Shown here in pieces: positions 1 through 11,044 of a stretch of 25,023 nt of DNA. The stretch covers positions 1 to 25,023 of the forward strand of contig CAZKEK010000001.1 in the NCBI GenBank assembly GCA_964551805.1, read 5' to 3'. Source of the DNA: an uncultured Candidatus Peribacteria bacterium (GTDB lineage: Bacteria > Patescibacteriota > Gracilibacteria > Absconditabacterales > Absconditicoccaceae). Numbering within the stretch: position 1 is the stretch's first letter; each line of letters opens with the position of its first letter. Both the position numbers and the translations under genes were made by a program. The notes beneath the pieces were generated by a model, which saw nothing but the letters and a program-made list of their open reading frames with translations, did not search any database and was not told the origin of the DNA.

Positions 1-81
1 GGGCGGGATTCGAACCCGCGAGACGATTTCTCGTCTGACTCGTTAGCAGTGAGCTGACTTCGACCACTCATCCACCTCACC
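1..81 (-). tRNA. tRNA-Ser(GCT), 3' end cut off by the window edge
   Basis: Minus strand reads GGTGAGG..AGTGGTCGAA (D arm), anticodon arm GCTCA-CT GCT AA-CGAGT, long variable arm AGACGA-GAAA-TCGTCT and T loop GGGTTCGAATCCC. Confidence 0.95.
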
Positions 82-206
82 TCAGCAAATTTCCATAAAC
101 AAAAAAATGGTGTGGTGACTATATACAGAATTAGTATTGAATTTCAAGAACAAAAACATACCTTTTTATGCAGTAATAGGCAAATTTTACTCATTAGAAA
201 CAAATA

Positions 207-806
207 ATGGCAGATGAAGTAGGAGGAATGGGCTTAGATGGGCTCACATCATGAGGAGAAGTAAGAGAAGATACCAACAAAGTTACGGAAGAGGCAGTAA
301 GAAGAGTTCAAGACGACCAAAAAAAAGCACAACAAGTTGGTCAAGACATCAAAGCAGACAAAGCTACCAACAATAAATTTGCAAACTTTTTGGCATTTTT
401 ACTCAAAGACATAAAAAACGATCATCTTATCAAACAAATATATCAAGTTTTTTTCAAAACCAGAAACGAAGAAACCGACCTTGTTTATCTCAGAAAAAAC
501 ATGAATACCGTAGTTGTTGTAGGCATGTTTGTACCTTTTTATCAGACAGAAATTAAAGAACTAGGACTTTCAGAGATATACCAAGATATTTTCTCTTTTG
601 AGAAAGAAACCTATCTAACCGAATACATCGCATATATAAAAAAATTATTACCAAAATATCATGATAACATCATAATCGACAAAACAGAATTTATCACCTT
701 ACTCAGAATAATAACTGAATATTACGAGCTCACCGAGAAACTTTCCGCAGAAAAATCATTAGAATTCGAGGAAACCCTCCAAAAAGAAATCACTATCGTG
801 GAATAA
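207..806 (+). CDS. Hypothetical protein, 199 aa (one in-frame TGA=Gly)
   Basis: ATG at 207 is in frame with track ORF 390..806, with no TAA/TAG between. MADEVGGMGLDGLTSGGEVREDTNK...; followed by a terminator. Confidence 0.8.
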
Positions 807-834
807 AGAAAAAAAACATATTTTACATCAGTTT

Positions 835-861
835 TAGGGTTTTTGTCAACCCTATTTTTTT
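835..861 (+). terminator. Intrinsic terminator
   Basis: TAGGGTT-tttgtc-AACCCTA stem followed by a T run, just after the 207..806 stop. Confidence 0.7.
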
Positions 862-937
862 ATTTATTACAAGTTTTTTGGTATTTGTGGTAGTTGTGCG
901 TATAATAAAGATATACATTTTTACTTACCATATACGG

Positions 938-3472
938 ATGTGAGGAGCAGAAACATTAAAAATAAACAAAGCTAAAGAAGGTGAATCATTAGGTATAGAA
1001 ACACTTTCAAAATACGAAAGCTTAAATGGAAAAGAAAAAAGCTTCAAAGATGAGCTGAAATTTTATGCTATTAACGATATTTTTAAACAAACAGAAATAA
1101 AACAAGATGGAGAAAAATATATGTTTATCATCGATGGTAAACCAAAATTTCTTGTAAATAAATGGAATTTAGTACCATGGATACAACAATTTTATTCAGA
1201 CAAAACAAAAAACGAAACATCAGTAACAAAAGAATGAATATACGTTAGATTAAGCGAAATAAAATGAGAACAAACATTAGAAAGCTTTAAATGAGAATTA
1301 AAAGATTTACAAAAAAACATCGAAACAAATCAAAAAACCATAGAACGTTCAACAAATATTGAAAATATGAAATTTAAAGTAGAAAGATTAATTACTTTTT
1401 ACGAACAAGAAAGAGACTTAGCAAAAGCTGAAACAGCAGGTTGGTTTTCCAATACCAAATACGACAAAAAAGACAAAGAAACACGAAAAATACATAAAAT
1501 GCAAATAGAAAGACGTATTAAAGAACTCAATAAAATCAAAGAAATTATGGAAGATGTAGCAAACAACAAAAACAGAAAATATGACATCAAACGAGACATT
1601 GACACAAAAAACGGAAAAAATAAAGATTTCACAGAAGTACAAATGAATGATATCAATGGTATGGATATGAGAATGACACTAGAGCAATTGAGTGATAGAA
1701 TAGAATTTCTTAGTAAAGAATGACCTGATTTTATTCTTACAAGAAATGGTATAATACTTGAAGATTGAGATAATACGCCATACTATGAAACTATTATCCA
1801 CGATAAATCAGATGCAAAAAAAATAAACAGATCACTTAGAAAAGTAAACAAAGAATATGCTATTCTAGATGAATTAGAACTTACCTGAGCAAAAAGACAA
1901 GAATTGAACCTAGACCTCCAAGCATTGGAAGCTTATCTCAATAATGTTATTTCAAATCCTGACACGTTCAAACCATCAGAACATCCATTTGTACCAACAC
2001 ATAGAAAAGATTTTTTTGAACTAACAAAAATAAATCCAGAATCACTTAAACAGTTAAATAAATCAGCAGGAAAAAATTGAGCAGAAGAAAAACCTTGAAA
2101 TAGCACAATAGAAAACACCAAAAACAATACAGAAGAAAACATTCAAGACAGCAAAAACACAAATAACAACAACATCCCTAGCTATGCAGACAAAGATTAT
2201 ATAGATACATTCAAAAAATGATGAGTAACGTGAGTTATCAGAAAAACACTCAATATGTTTCCTAATATGACCAACGAAGCAAAGAACACATGGACTAATT
2301 TACTTATTGTTGGTTGAGTTGGTTATGGAATATTTAAACTAGGGAAATGGTTATTCTCTGGTAAATTTAATAAAGACCAAAAAGAAAAAACACCATTTTG
2401 GCAAAGAATGCTTATTGTTGGATGAGTAACTCTTGGATTTAATGCTTTCGGTGGTAATCCATTCAATACAGCAGGAAAATTTATTTCTGGAGGACTTGAT
2501 GTAGATGCATTGAAACTACAATGGCCTTGAGCAAACCAAGAAAAAATAAACAATCCAGAAGAAGAACTTAGTTATATAGAGATAAATGAAATATTTGGAA
2601 CGTTACCAGTAGGGAAACTCAAAGATTTTGTTGATCAAAAAACATTTAAAATGACACAAGCTTGATATAATGGACTATTATTAAATTTCCAATGAACAGA
2701 CAGCAATAGTAAACAAAAAAGAGAAATTATCCAAAAAATGCGAAAAAATAACGATAAGGATATTCTCAAAACATCATTTGCCAAAGTTGGTATAACAACA
2801 GAAAACATAAGCAATCTCGACCAAAACAAAACAATAAAAGAATATACAGAAAGCGCTGTGCCTACTCTTGAATGATGAAGTGATTGGGATAATGTTGATG
2901 ACACAAGAATAAATATTACAGAACAAGTAAAAAACTTCAACGTCAGTGAAGAACAGAAAAAAAATCTAATAAAATATGGAAATATTTTATACAAAGAAAA
3001 ACCAGGAAGTAGTAAAGAAAAAGTAGAATTTAAAGAAAAAGATACAAAGATATATATAAAAACTTACGGAGAACGAACAGCAATTGATCCAGAAAAACTA
3101 ATTATTTCGGGATATAAAAAAGAAGATGGAACTCCTATAGTATTTAGCTGATATCAAGAACTTTTAAAATCAGCAAATTTAACAAATTATATGAAATCAA
3201 TATTTAGAGGTAAAGCAAAAGGGGACAAATACAATCCATTTGAATCGACTTGATTAGGAGACAAACTAACACGAGACCGAGGAGATATTATGTTCAATGA
3301 TGGAGCCAATAAATATAATCCTATACATACAGAAGCTATAGATGGCGGACGATTTGGAACACTGGGGAAAATTTCACCTAAAATAGAAAAAAACAAAGAA
3401 GAATATATAAACTATCTCAATAGTCTTAATATATGGAACGAAAAAAGAGCAAGAGAGAATAAAGCCGAATAA
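938..3472 (+). CDS. Large hypothetical membrane-associated protein, 844 aa
   Basis: Translated by hand from ATG 938 to TAA 3472 with only TGA interruptions; joins track ORFs 1367..1723 and 3290..3472. Two Gly-rich hydrophobic segments near 2290-2500. Confidence 0.85.
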
Positions 3473-3497
3473 AAATTTCTATTGAATACTTCTCAAG

Positions 3498-3526
3498 GAC
3501 TACTATATATTTAGTAGTCTTTTTTT
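3498..3526 (+). terminator. Intrinsic terminator
   Basis: GACTACTA-tatatt-TAGTAGTC followed by a T run. Confidence 0.75.
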
Positions 3527-3540
3527 ATTTTACAGAGAAT

Positions 3541-4539
3541 ATGGAGATAAAAAGCACCTTAGCTATCACAGAAAAACATCTGCTTATCATCGGAAATCGA
3601 TCCTACAAAAATATGGGAGACGAGCTCATTTTATTATGAACGGTAAAATTATTGCTCGATGAATGAAAAGAGATAACTATCGCAGCCTACGATCCCACAC
3701 GACTCAAAACCTTTTTTCAGCAATTCATCGACACCAGCAAAATAACATTCGTCACAGAAATCCCCAAAGGATTTCGCACCCGGGTGAAATATATTCGCCA
3801 ATGAAAATTAAGCGAACGAAAACTCTATAAAAAAACCGACGCAGTAATTATCGGTTGAGGTGAAATACTTACAGAAGAAAACCCAAATGCTTATCGATAT
3901 CGATTGGTATCACTTCTCCCCTGCTTAAAAAAACCTCGCTATCTCATGGGAGGAATACAAGTACCAAAAAAACGATTCAACAGATTCCTTTTCACGCACA
4001 TCCTCAAAAGAACGAAACACATCTTCGCAAGAGATATGGATACCGTTCACGACCTCAAAACATATGGCTACCAAAATGTAGAATTTTTTATGGACACATC
4101 TTTTTTCGCTTACCCACGACAAAAAATTCAGAATTCAGAATTCAAAATTCAAAATTGAGAGAAATACATAGTTATCAACCTCAACAAAAATGCAGAACAA
4201 TTTCTACCTATGATTATACATGACGTAAAAGAATATTATCTCCAATGATACAACATCGTATTTGTTCCCATAGCGAAAGGGAAGAACAATCAATACAACG
4301 ACAAAAAATATGCCCACAATATACAACAATGAGCGTGAATAAAAAGTCAGGATTTTTCTTTTCTTGACCGAGAAAAAGATTTTGCTACGTTCACAAAAAC
4401 ACTCGCTTGAGCACATGTAGTTATTAGTAGTAGATTACACCTCTTTCTCGTAGCAAGTTTTTTGGGCGTTCCCACAAAAGTCTATCCCTATCAAAAGAAG
4501 ATTCTGAAGATGCAAAAAATCATAAAAAATATAGATTAA
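3541..4539 (+). CDS. Polysaccharide pyruvyl transferase family protein (CsaB-like), 332 aa
   Basis: N-terminal IIGNWSYKNMGDELIL, central IIGGGEIL and C-terminal SSRLHLFLVASFLGVP match the family motifs (N-x-GDE, GGG, RLH). Open only with TGA=Gly. Confidence 0.85.
4125..4159. repeat. 7-bp tandem repeat AATTCA(G/A) x~5 inside a CDS
   Basis: aattcag aattcag aattcaa aattcaa aattgag, encoding KIQNSEFKIQNG. Confidence 0.85.
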
Positions 4540-5432
4540 GCAAACATACCTTTCCAAATAGCTTTGAGAAGTTTTTTTACTTCAGATTTTTTTGCAAAAA
4601 TAAGCACTTTAAGCATAAGCCAAAGCGGCTGACCTCGAAATCCTAGCGAATAAAACTGTATTTTTTGAAAGAAATTTGCATACTTTTTGACAAACAGCAT
4701 CCTATGTTTAGATTTTCTATATGCAGCATATTCATTAGCAACTCGAGCCTGTTCAAGTTTAGTTTTGTCTCTTTCCATATGATATATTTTGAGATTGCGC
4801 AAAACGATAAGAGGAAATCCAGCACGATAAATACCATACGTAAAATCCAAATCTTCATAGACAAAATCAAATTGTTCATCAAATAAATGCTGCTGGAAAA
4901 TATATGCCGGAGCAAGCAGTGAATTTCCAGAATACATCTGAATATATGCTCGTTTTTTGTTTCCCAATAGTTGAGGAATAGGTCTCGAAAGCCGATAGTT
5001 GAAATGAGAAAATCCTTGGTTTTGGATCAGTCAAGTTGTCCTATACATCAAGGTTGGTGTAAGTACAAAATCTTTATGAAGAAGCAAACGATACTCATCT
5101 CGAAGATGCAAAGATTTTTCTAAATAATCAGCATCAAACATTTCATCATCATCCATAAGTTGAATAAATTCCCCTTTCGCCTGATTAATACCAAAGTTTC
5201 TATTATAGCTCGCATTTTTTTGTGGTTTAAAATCACTATTTGCATTGGTGACACAACGAATAGCATGATGATGCAAAAATTCGTAATCCGTAATTCGTAA
5301 TTCGTAATTTTCAATATGTTTGTCTACCACAAAAATAACTTCAAAATCGGTAAACGTTTGACGTTGTAAATATTCCGTGATGTTTTTCATGTTTTGATCT
5401 CATCTTGTTGGGATAACTATACTAAGTTTCAT
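4536..5432 (-). CDS. Glycosyltransferase family 2 protein, 298 aa
   Basis: Starts MKLSIVIPTRG; contains EVIFVVD, ASYNRNFG, FIQLMDDD (DxD) and YEDLDF. Joins track ORFs 5031..5390 and 4536..4967 across a TGA. Confidence 0.9.
5278..5309. repeat. 7-bp tandem repeat AATTCGT x~4 inside the GT2 CDS
   Basis: aattcgt aatccgt aattcgt aattcgt aatt; encodes NYELWITDYEF on the minus strand (CGA=Trp). Confidence 0.85.
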
Positions 5433-5492
5433 AGAATTCTACAAAATAAACATATTCAATGTATAGATACCAAAAATATTTGCAACAAATAT

Positions 5493-5521
5493 TTGCAAAA
5501 AAAAAGAAATCGGAGTATAAT
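5493..5521 (+). promoter_or_regulatory. Sigma70-like promoter
   Basis: TTGCAA-N17-TATAAT, 27 nt upstream of ATG 5548; overlaps a direct repeat AAATATTTGCAA x2. Confidence 0.6.
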
Positions 5522-5547
5522 ATATATGTTTATATATAAGTCATATT

Positions 5548-6567
5548 ATGAAAAGAATCAATATTAACGCTATACAGCAAATATGCGAAGAAGAAAAAGA
5601 GATACAATCAGACATAAATAAAGAATTATATGATAATTTGAATGAAGATAAAGAAGACGACGAACAATATGAAATAAAAGATTATCTCTATACCGACAAA
5701 ATTAGCGACAACGAATTGTGATATAAGATGTTTGGATGCATTTTCTGTATGCAAGATTTTTACAATAGCAATATGGATAATGAAGAAGATTGGTCAAAAT
5801 ATGGTCCAACAATAAAAAAAATACGAGAAAAAAAAGAAAAAAATACAGAAACAGAAATACGAAATAATTTAGCGTTATATATAAAGAGAATTATTTTGTA
5901 TATATATCCAAATAACATAATAGAGGAAGATATTATAAAACAAATTACCCCAAAAATGATAAAATGACTAATATATTGTTGAAATTGATTAGAATTTTTA
6001 TGAAAGGTTTGAAATACGTATGATTATGTTGAAAATAATGATAAAAAAGAACAAAACACATATCCAATAACACACTATATAGAAGAAAGAAAACTTTTAG
6101 AATTATGACTAGAAAAAACAGAAATTGATGAGATTATAGCTCAAGGAGTTACTAAAAGAGAAAAAAATAGTATAATCGAAAACGAAATTATTAACGATTT
6201 TCTAAGATTATATTTAGATAAAATCATCATTGCTAGCTTAAGACATAACAAAACAGATTATGATAAATGTGATTTTGAGTATGAAGAAGATAATGAATAT
6301 TATAATAGAGTCGATCGAAGAAGATATTATAACAGCTTTTGTAGAGACAAATATCTATACAATGCATATGATATAGAAGAAGAAGAAGATAAAGAATGAA
6401 ATACACGACACGTAACAGACGTGTACAATTACAATATAGAAGATATAGAACGTTTTTGAGAAAAAACAGCAACAGGAGAATTTTCTTTTTTCTTTAATGA
6501 AGAAGAAAATGAAGAAGAAAACGAAAAAGAGGAAATAGAAGAAGCAAAAAAAAAGATTAACGTATAA
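5548..6567 (+). CDS. Acidic hypothetical protein, 339 aa
   Basis: ATG 5548 to TAA 6567, open with TGA=Gly; includes track ORF 5728..5967; D/E-rich; promoter upstream. Confidence 0.75.
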
Positions 6568-6642
6568 AATACTTTTTCCATTGTTTTTATTTTGTGAACC
6601 ACTATAAAAAACCTATCATTTATCATTTAGCATACATCGTTA

Positions 6643-7992
6643 ATGATCAGGTTTTTGAAACCATTTTTGATATTTGTCGTACTCTATCATCTCTTCGTCA
6701 CTATTATCTGATACGGCGTACTTGGATGAGCATATCCACAATTACCCGCACTGGGAAGAGATGCAATCTGGGTACTTTTTTTTGCATACATTCTTCTAGC
6801 AAACCGAAAAAAAATAAAAGGATATCTTATGCTACGAAAACGACCACGAATCTCATTAATAATTATAATTATATTTGGAACCATAATATCACTCACCAAA
6901 GGAAAATGACGATACGACATTTTTGTAGGGATAAAATACGGACTCCTCTACCTCTTCATTTTTCTTTCTTCAACATTCATCGGATATCTCTGGAATAGTT
7001 CTCCCTTGATAAAGGGAGATGCCGAAGGCAGAGGGATTTGATCAAAAATTATGAATTTTATTAATTTTCTAAAATATTTTCTGATTATCACGATGACGTT
7101 TGGCTTCCTTCGACAAGGAGCAAAATTCCTATGGCCAGATATTTTTCTTCACCTAGGATATTGACCACTCAATGATTTTAAATTCTGAGTAAAACCACCA
7201 ATCTACTATCTCACCTGATATAAAGGCACACCTAGACGACAATGAATATTCTCTTGACCAAACAATTATGGATATTTTTTAATCGCATTTCTTCCTTTCA
7301 TACTAACACTATGCAAACAAAAATTTACCACTATCAAAGACGTGGTTAAAGCAAACAAACATACGATAGTAAATATTGGTATAATACTGCTGCGATTGCT
7401 TGCAATACTCCTAACACTATCAAGAACAGCATATATTTGATGAATAATATGATTAGCACTTGTAAATATCCAACGAATCAAAAAGCACAAAAAATTTTCA
7501 CGAGGAATAGCTGCAGCAATTCTAGCTGGATTAGTAGGAGTAAGTATACTAAAATGAGCATCTACATTAGGACATATCACCGCAAAATTTGGAAGCATAC
7601 AATACGTCATAAATCAACCAAGTGGATATGGATTGTGAACTTCATGACCAGCAGTACTTCATAATGGAACCATCTTACCAGAAAACTACTATCTTCAACT
7701 AATGCTCGATATCTGAACTATAGGATTTTTGTTGCGAGCAATAATGATTCTACAAATCACCCGAATAGCAAAAAGAATCCAAAAAACATGGAAAAATATA
7801 GATATCGAAGAAAAAAACATATATTTTCTACGAAAATCATTATATATCGGACGAATAGCTTTGCTGATTATGGGCATGTTTTTGCACGTCTTTGAAGATA
7901 GCATGGTCAATTATATCTTCTTCATCTCACGAGGAATACTGATGTGATATTTATCTACTTTTATCGACAAAAAGTTGACGAAAAATAGCTAA
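6643..7992 (+). CDS. O-antigen ligase/Wzy_C-like polytopic membrane protein, 449 aa
   Basis: Many hydrophobic helices; motifs QGIFSGPNNYGYFL, TLSRTAYIGG, GYGLGTSGPA, PENYYLQLMLDIG and LHVFED. Missed by the track because of its many TGA codons. Confidence 0.85.
7000..7039. repeat. In-frame double-hairpin (REP/RPE-like) insertion
   Basis: TCTCCCTT-GATA-AAGGGAGA directly followed by TGCC-GAA-GGCA and GAGGGATTT; a GC-rich patch in an AT-rich gene, encoding SPLIKGDAEGRGI. Confidence 0.7.
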
Positions 7993-8054
7993 AAAATAGA
8001 CAAAAAGTAGCCGAATTCACAGCTACCTTTAGTCAACATTAAGCAATATTTGTC

Positions 8055-8074
8055 GCCCCGGAGTACTCCGGGGC
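8055..8074. repeat. Perfect 20-bp palindrome GCCCCGGAGTACTCCGGGGC (probable terminator and/or member of the palindrome family)
   Basis: Self-complementary, lies between convergent genes and is followed by TTTTG on the + strand. Confidence 0.75.
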
Positions 8075-8080
8075 TTTTGT

Positions 8081-8434
8081 CTATTTATCGTACTCTACTT
8101 CAAGTTTAATTTTTTCTGGTATCAATGCTTTTGGTACGATTATTTGCAAGGTATTGTCTGGGGTTAGTTTGCTATGAATCTTATCAAAATATACCTGAGG
8201 AGGAAGATCGATGATTTGGTCTATCGGTCATCGGTAGCACTCTTCTTTGAGAGGAATCAGATGATCTTTGAGTTTTGGCTTTATTCTTTCTCCAGAAATC
8301 ACAAGTCTATAATCCTTAATTTCCAATTTAAGCGTTTCTTTTTTTACTCATCCCAAAGGAAGCAAAATCACAATTTCCTGAGGAGACTCATAAATATCAA
8401 AAGGAATACGTGGTTTTTCTTGTTCTTGCTTCAT
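8081..8434 (-). CDS. Hsp20/alpha-crystallin family small heat-shock protein, 117 aa
   Basis: PFDIYESPQEIVILLPLGGVKKETLKLEIKDYRLVISGER...EECYWGPIDQIIDLP...DNTLQIIVPK. The WG is encoded CGA-TGA. Confidence 0.9.
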
Positions 8435-8537
8435 GACAGAAAATTAAAAAATAAATTTTTTTAGTAAATATGTATCTTGATATCCTATAGGTAATTTTTA
8501 ATTTTTAATTCTTGTTTATTTATAAATAGTTTCCATC

Positions 8538-8568
8538 GTTGTTAGTTGTTAGTTGTTAGTTGTTAGTT
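8538..8568. repeat. 7-bp tandem repeat GTTGTTA x4.4, essentially intergenic
   Basis: gttgtta x4 + gtt, abutting the stop codon of the 8567..9145 gene. Confidence 0.9.
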
Positions 8569-9145
8569 ATATTTGTGGATTTTGATCAGCTTGAATATCC
8601 ATTCCAATAATTTTTACAATCTGATTTCTTCTTTTTTCAGGCTTAGGAACCCAGCGAAGAATAATTTCTCCGTTATGTTCGGTATCTCATTCCGTCAAAA
8701 TAATAAGATCGCCATTATCAAACATACTATAGAGCAATCAAGATTTTTTTATAGAGATTGTTTTTATACTCAGAGATCAAATAGTAGCAACGTCTCTTTT
8801 GAGTATTCATCACTGCTCATATAACATAATAGAAGTAGGAATAACTACAATGAAATCCATTTTATAATCGATATATTTTCCTATCAAAGGAAAGAAAAAC
8901 ACCATGTCAAAAATAAGAATAGCAATAAGAAAATAAACAAAATAACTACCACCTGTCCAATCATAAAAAAATATAATTCACAAAATATTAATCAACAAAA
9001 AGAAAAAAAATGGCACAGCGAATTTATACATATAATATATTTTGCTTCTTCAAAAACATATAACATTATCTATACCATATTTTTCTTGATATTCTTGATA
9101 TGTTTTTTGTCTAAGCTGGGTGTCAAAATTTGAAAATATCTTCAT
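8567..9145 (-). CDS. Membrane protein with two TM helices and a bPH_2-like domain, 192 aa
   Basis: Open with TGA=Gly. YKMDFIVVIPTSIMLYEQGGILKRDVATIGSLSIKTISIKKSGLLYSMFDNGDLIILTEG resembles the bacterial PH pattern. Confidence 0.7.
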
Positions 9146-9174
9146 GAGAATATACCAAAAATAAATGTGTATAT

Positions 9175-9762
9175 TTAGAAGCTTTTAAAGTTAGGAAAAA
9201 ATCTCAAATACACTTTACCAATAATGTTGTCAAATGGTACTTCGTAACTAGAACCATCATAACAATTCAAACCAAAACAACAACGAGAATCAGTAGAAAA
9301 TTCTCTATTATCTCCCAACACAAAATATCATCACGTATCTATCACAAAATCATTTATACCACATCTTCATTCTGTTCTTACAGATCAAGACAAATAACCT
9401 TCTGATAATGTATGACATTGTTCTATAGCATTAACGGTTGTACAAATCTGTACACCATTATGCTGTATTTTTACCGTTTCTCAAGGCAATCATACAATTC
9501 TTTTGATATAAGGAATAGTTTTACCTGGCGGCACAAAAACAATAACATCACCTCTAGAAAGCTGACCAAATCTTTGCGTAACTTTATCTACAATAATAAA
9601 ATCATTTTCTTGAAATGTAGGAGCCATACTTGCACCCACAACGGTATAAGGATTAGCAACAAAAAACCTGACAAAAAGAACAATTCCTCCAACAAATATC
9701 AAAAAAGATACCATATCAAAGAGATCGTAAAGAAAATATTTTAGTTTAGTCGTAAAAGTCAT
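9175..9762 (-). CDS. lepB: Signal peptidase I, 195 aa
   Basis: Catalytic boxes VVGASMAPTF, YIKRIVGLPGETV (both Gly are TGA) and YFVLGDNREFSTDSR. Confidence 0.95.
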
Positions 9763-9846
9763 AAGCTACAAAAGCTAACGTATAAAAAATCTTATAATAC
9801 AAGATCAGTGCAAAATCAAAAAGCATTTTTATCAAACATATATGCT

Positions 9847-10260
9847 TTAGAATGGTACTTCTTCATCTTCAATAGGTGTAGAATCAGCCGCATCCAAAAT
9901 AGGATCATGATCATCCAATTCTCCCTGTCCTTTTGGATCCAAGAAAATAAAGTTGTCTACAATAATTTCTGTAGAGAATTTTTCTTTTCCTTCGCTATCC
10001 TGCCATTTTCTTGTTCTCAATCTTCATTCAATATAAATTCTTTTTCATTTGTTTAAATACTTAGTCAATACTTCAGCTCCTTTTCCATAAGCAACACATC
10101 TATGGTACTCTGCATCTTCAAGAACATTTCATTCTTTATTTTTAAATTTTCTGTTTGTCGCAACAGTAAAATTTACTACAGAAGTTCCACTACTTTCAAT
10201 CGTTTTAACTTGCAAATTGTTAGTAGATCTTCAGATAATCATTACCTTATTCAAATCCAT
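9847..10260 (-). CDS. ssb: Single-stranded DNA-binding protein, 137 aa
   Basis: MDLNKVMIIGR...FTVATNR...EYHRCVAYGK...KGKRIYIEGRLRTRKWQD and acidic tail DEEVPF; 4 of 10 Gly codons are TGA. Confidence 0.97.
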
Positions 10261-10398
10261 GGTTTCGATAGAATTATCGTGTAAAAAAATGATGAAAAAA
10301 CAATCATCACATGATATGTAAACAATCAATGCATAAAATCAATTGATTTTTGATTAGATTTTAGTAAACATTCACCACAAACATACAAAAATGGAATT

Positions 10399-10491
10399 GC
10401 CCAGATGTGCCAAGATTGCCAAAAAACAAAAGTGAAACGATTGGTTTTTGTTGCAAGATTGAGCAACCCGCTTTAGCGGGTATGGAATGGT
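10399..10491 (+). pseudogene. Interrupted 5' fragment of tRNA-Leu carrying a palindrome-ended insert
   Basis: GCCCAGATG (10399-10407) and ATGGAATGGT (10482-10491) are the first 19 nt of the adjacent tRNA-Leu, separated by 74 nt that end in ACCCGC-TTTA-GCGGGT. Confidence 0.6.
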
Positions 10492-10519
10492 GAATATGTA
10501 TTGTATTAAATTTGTTTAT

Positions 10520-10602
10520 GCCCAGATGATGGAATGGTAGACATGCTAGACTCAAAATCTGGTGTTCGCAAGGACGTGTGGGTTCAAGTCCCACTCTGGG
10601 TA
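10520..10602 (+). tRNA. tRNA-Leu(CAA)
   Basis: GCCCAGA/TCTGGGT acceptor, GGAATGGTAGAC D arm, CTAGA-CT CAA AA-TCTGG anticodon arm, long variable arm, GGTTCAAGTCC T arm; CCA not encoded. Confidence 0.97.
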
Positions 10603-10611
10603 AAAATCAAG

Positions 10612-10638
10612 ATCTGATGAAAAATTCAGATTTTTTTT
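10612..10638 (+). terminator. Terminator after tRNA-Leu
   Basis: ATCTGA-tgaaaaat-TCAGAT followed by a T run. Confidence 0.55.
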
Positions 10639-10700
10639 ATTTTAAATAAAAAATGTTGCATTATACAGGACATTACATACTCTCCTAGAGATAAATTTAT

Positions 10701-10922
10701 ATGATAATGTTTCAGATGGAACAAGAAAAAATATATAGAGAAGACCACAATGATATAGTAGAAAAAATGAAACAACTAAAAAAAAGACTTGTTAGTCAAG
10801 ATTTTATAAAAATCATAGAAATAGGAGAAGAGCAAGCAATGAGATTCGAAAACCAAACAGAAGAAAGCAGACATATTTCTAATAAAATACGAGAAAAACC
10901 ATTTGATGTTCGTGCTTCTTAA
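10701..10922 (+). CDS. Small hypothetical protein (68-73 aa, start uncertain)
   Basis: Track ORF; charged, helical-looking composition; fills an otherwise empty gap. Confidence 0.5.
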   Translation: MIMFQMEQEKIYREDHNDIVEKMKQLKKRLVSQDFIKIIEIGEEQAMRFENQTEESRHISNKIREKPFDVRAS

Positions 10923-11001
10923 AGAATAAACAAGATACGTACAAATAAAATTTTTTGTAATACCTATCAGAATCTGATACACAAAATAGTAATTTAAAAA
11001 A

Positions 11002-11028
11002 AAACTAGTAGAACACATCTACTAGTTT
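11002..11028. terminator. Probable bidirectional terminator
   Basis: AAACTAGTAGA-acaca-TCTACTAGTTT 11-bp stem preceded by an A run, between convergent genes. Confidence 0.75.
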
Positions 11029-11044
11029 ACAGAACAAATATTTA

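Noticed and set aside
219-230. AGGAGG Shine-Dalgarno defining a start at ATG 228
   Set aside because: Spacing is only 1 nt; AGGAGG is simply part of the Val-Gly-Gly codons of the ORF starting at 207.
10361-10594. Track ORF MGLEPTRPCEHQILSLACLPFHHLG...
   Set aside because: It is the antisense translation of tRNA-Leu and its upstream fragment.
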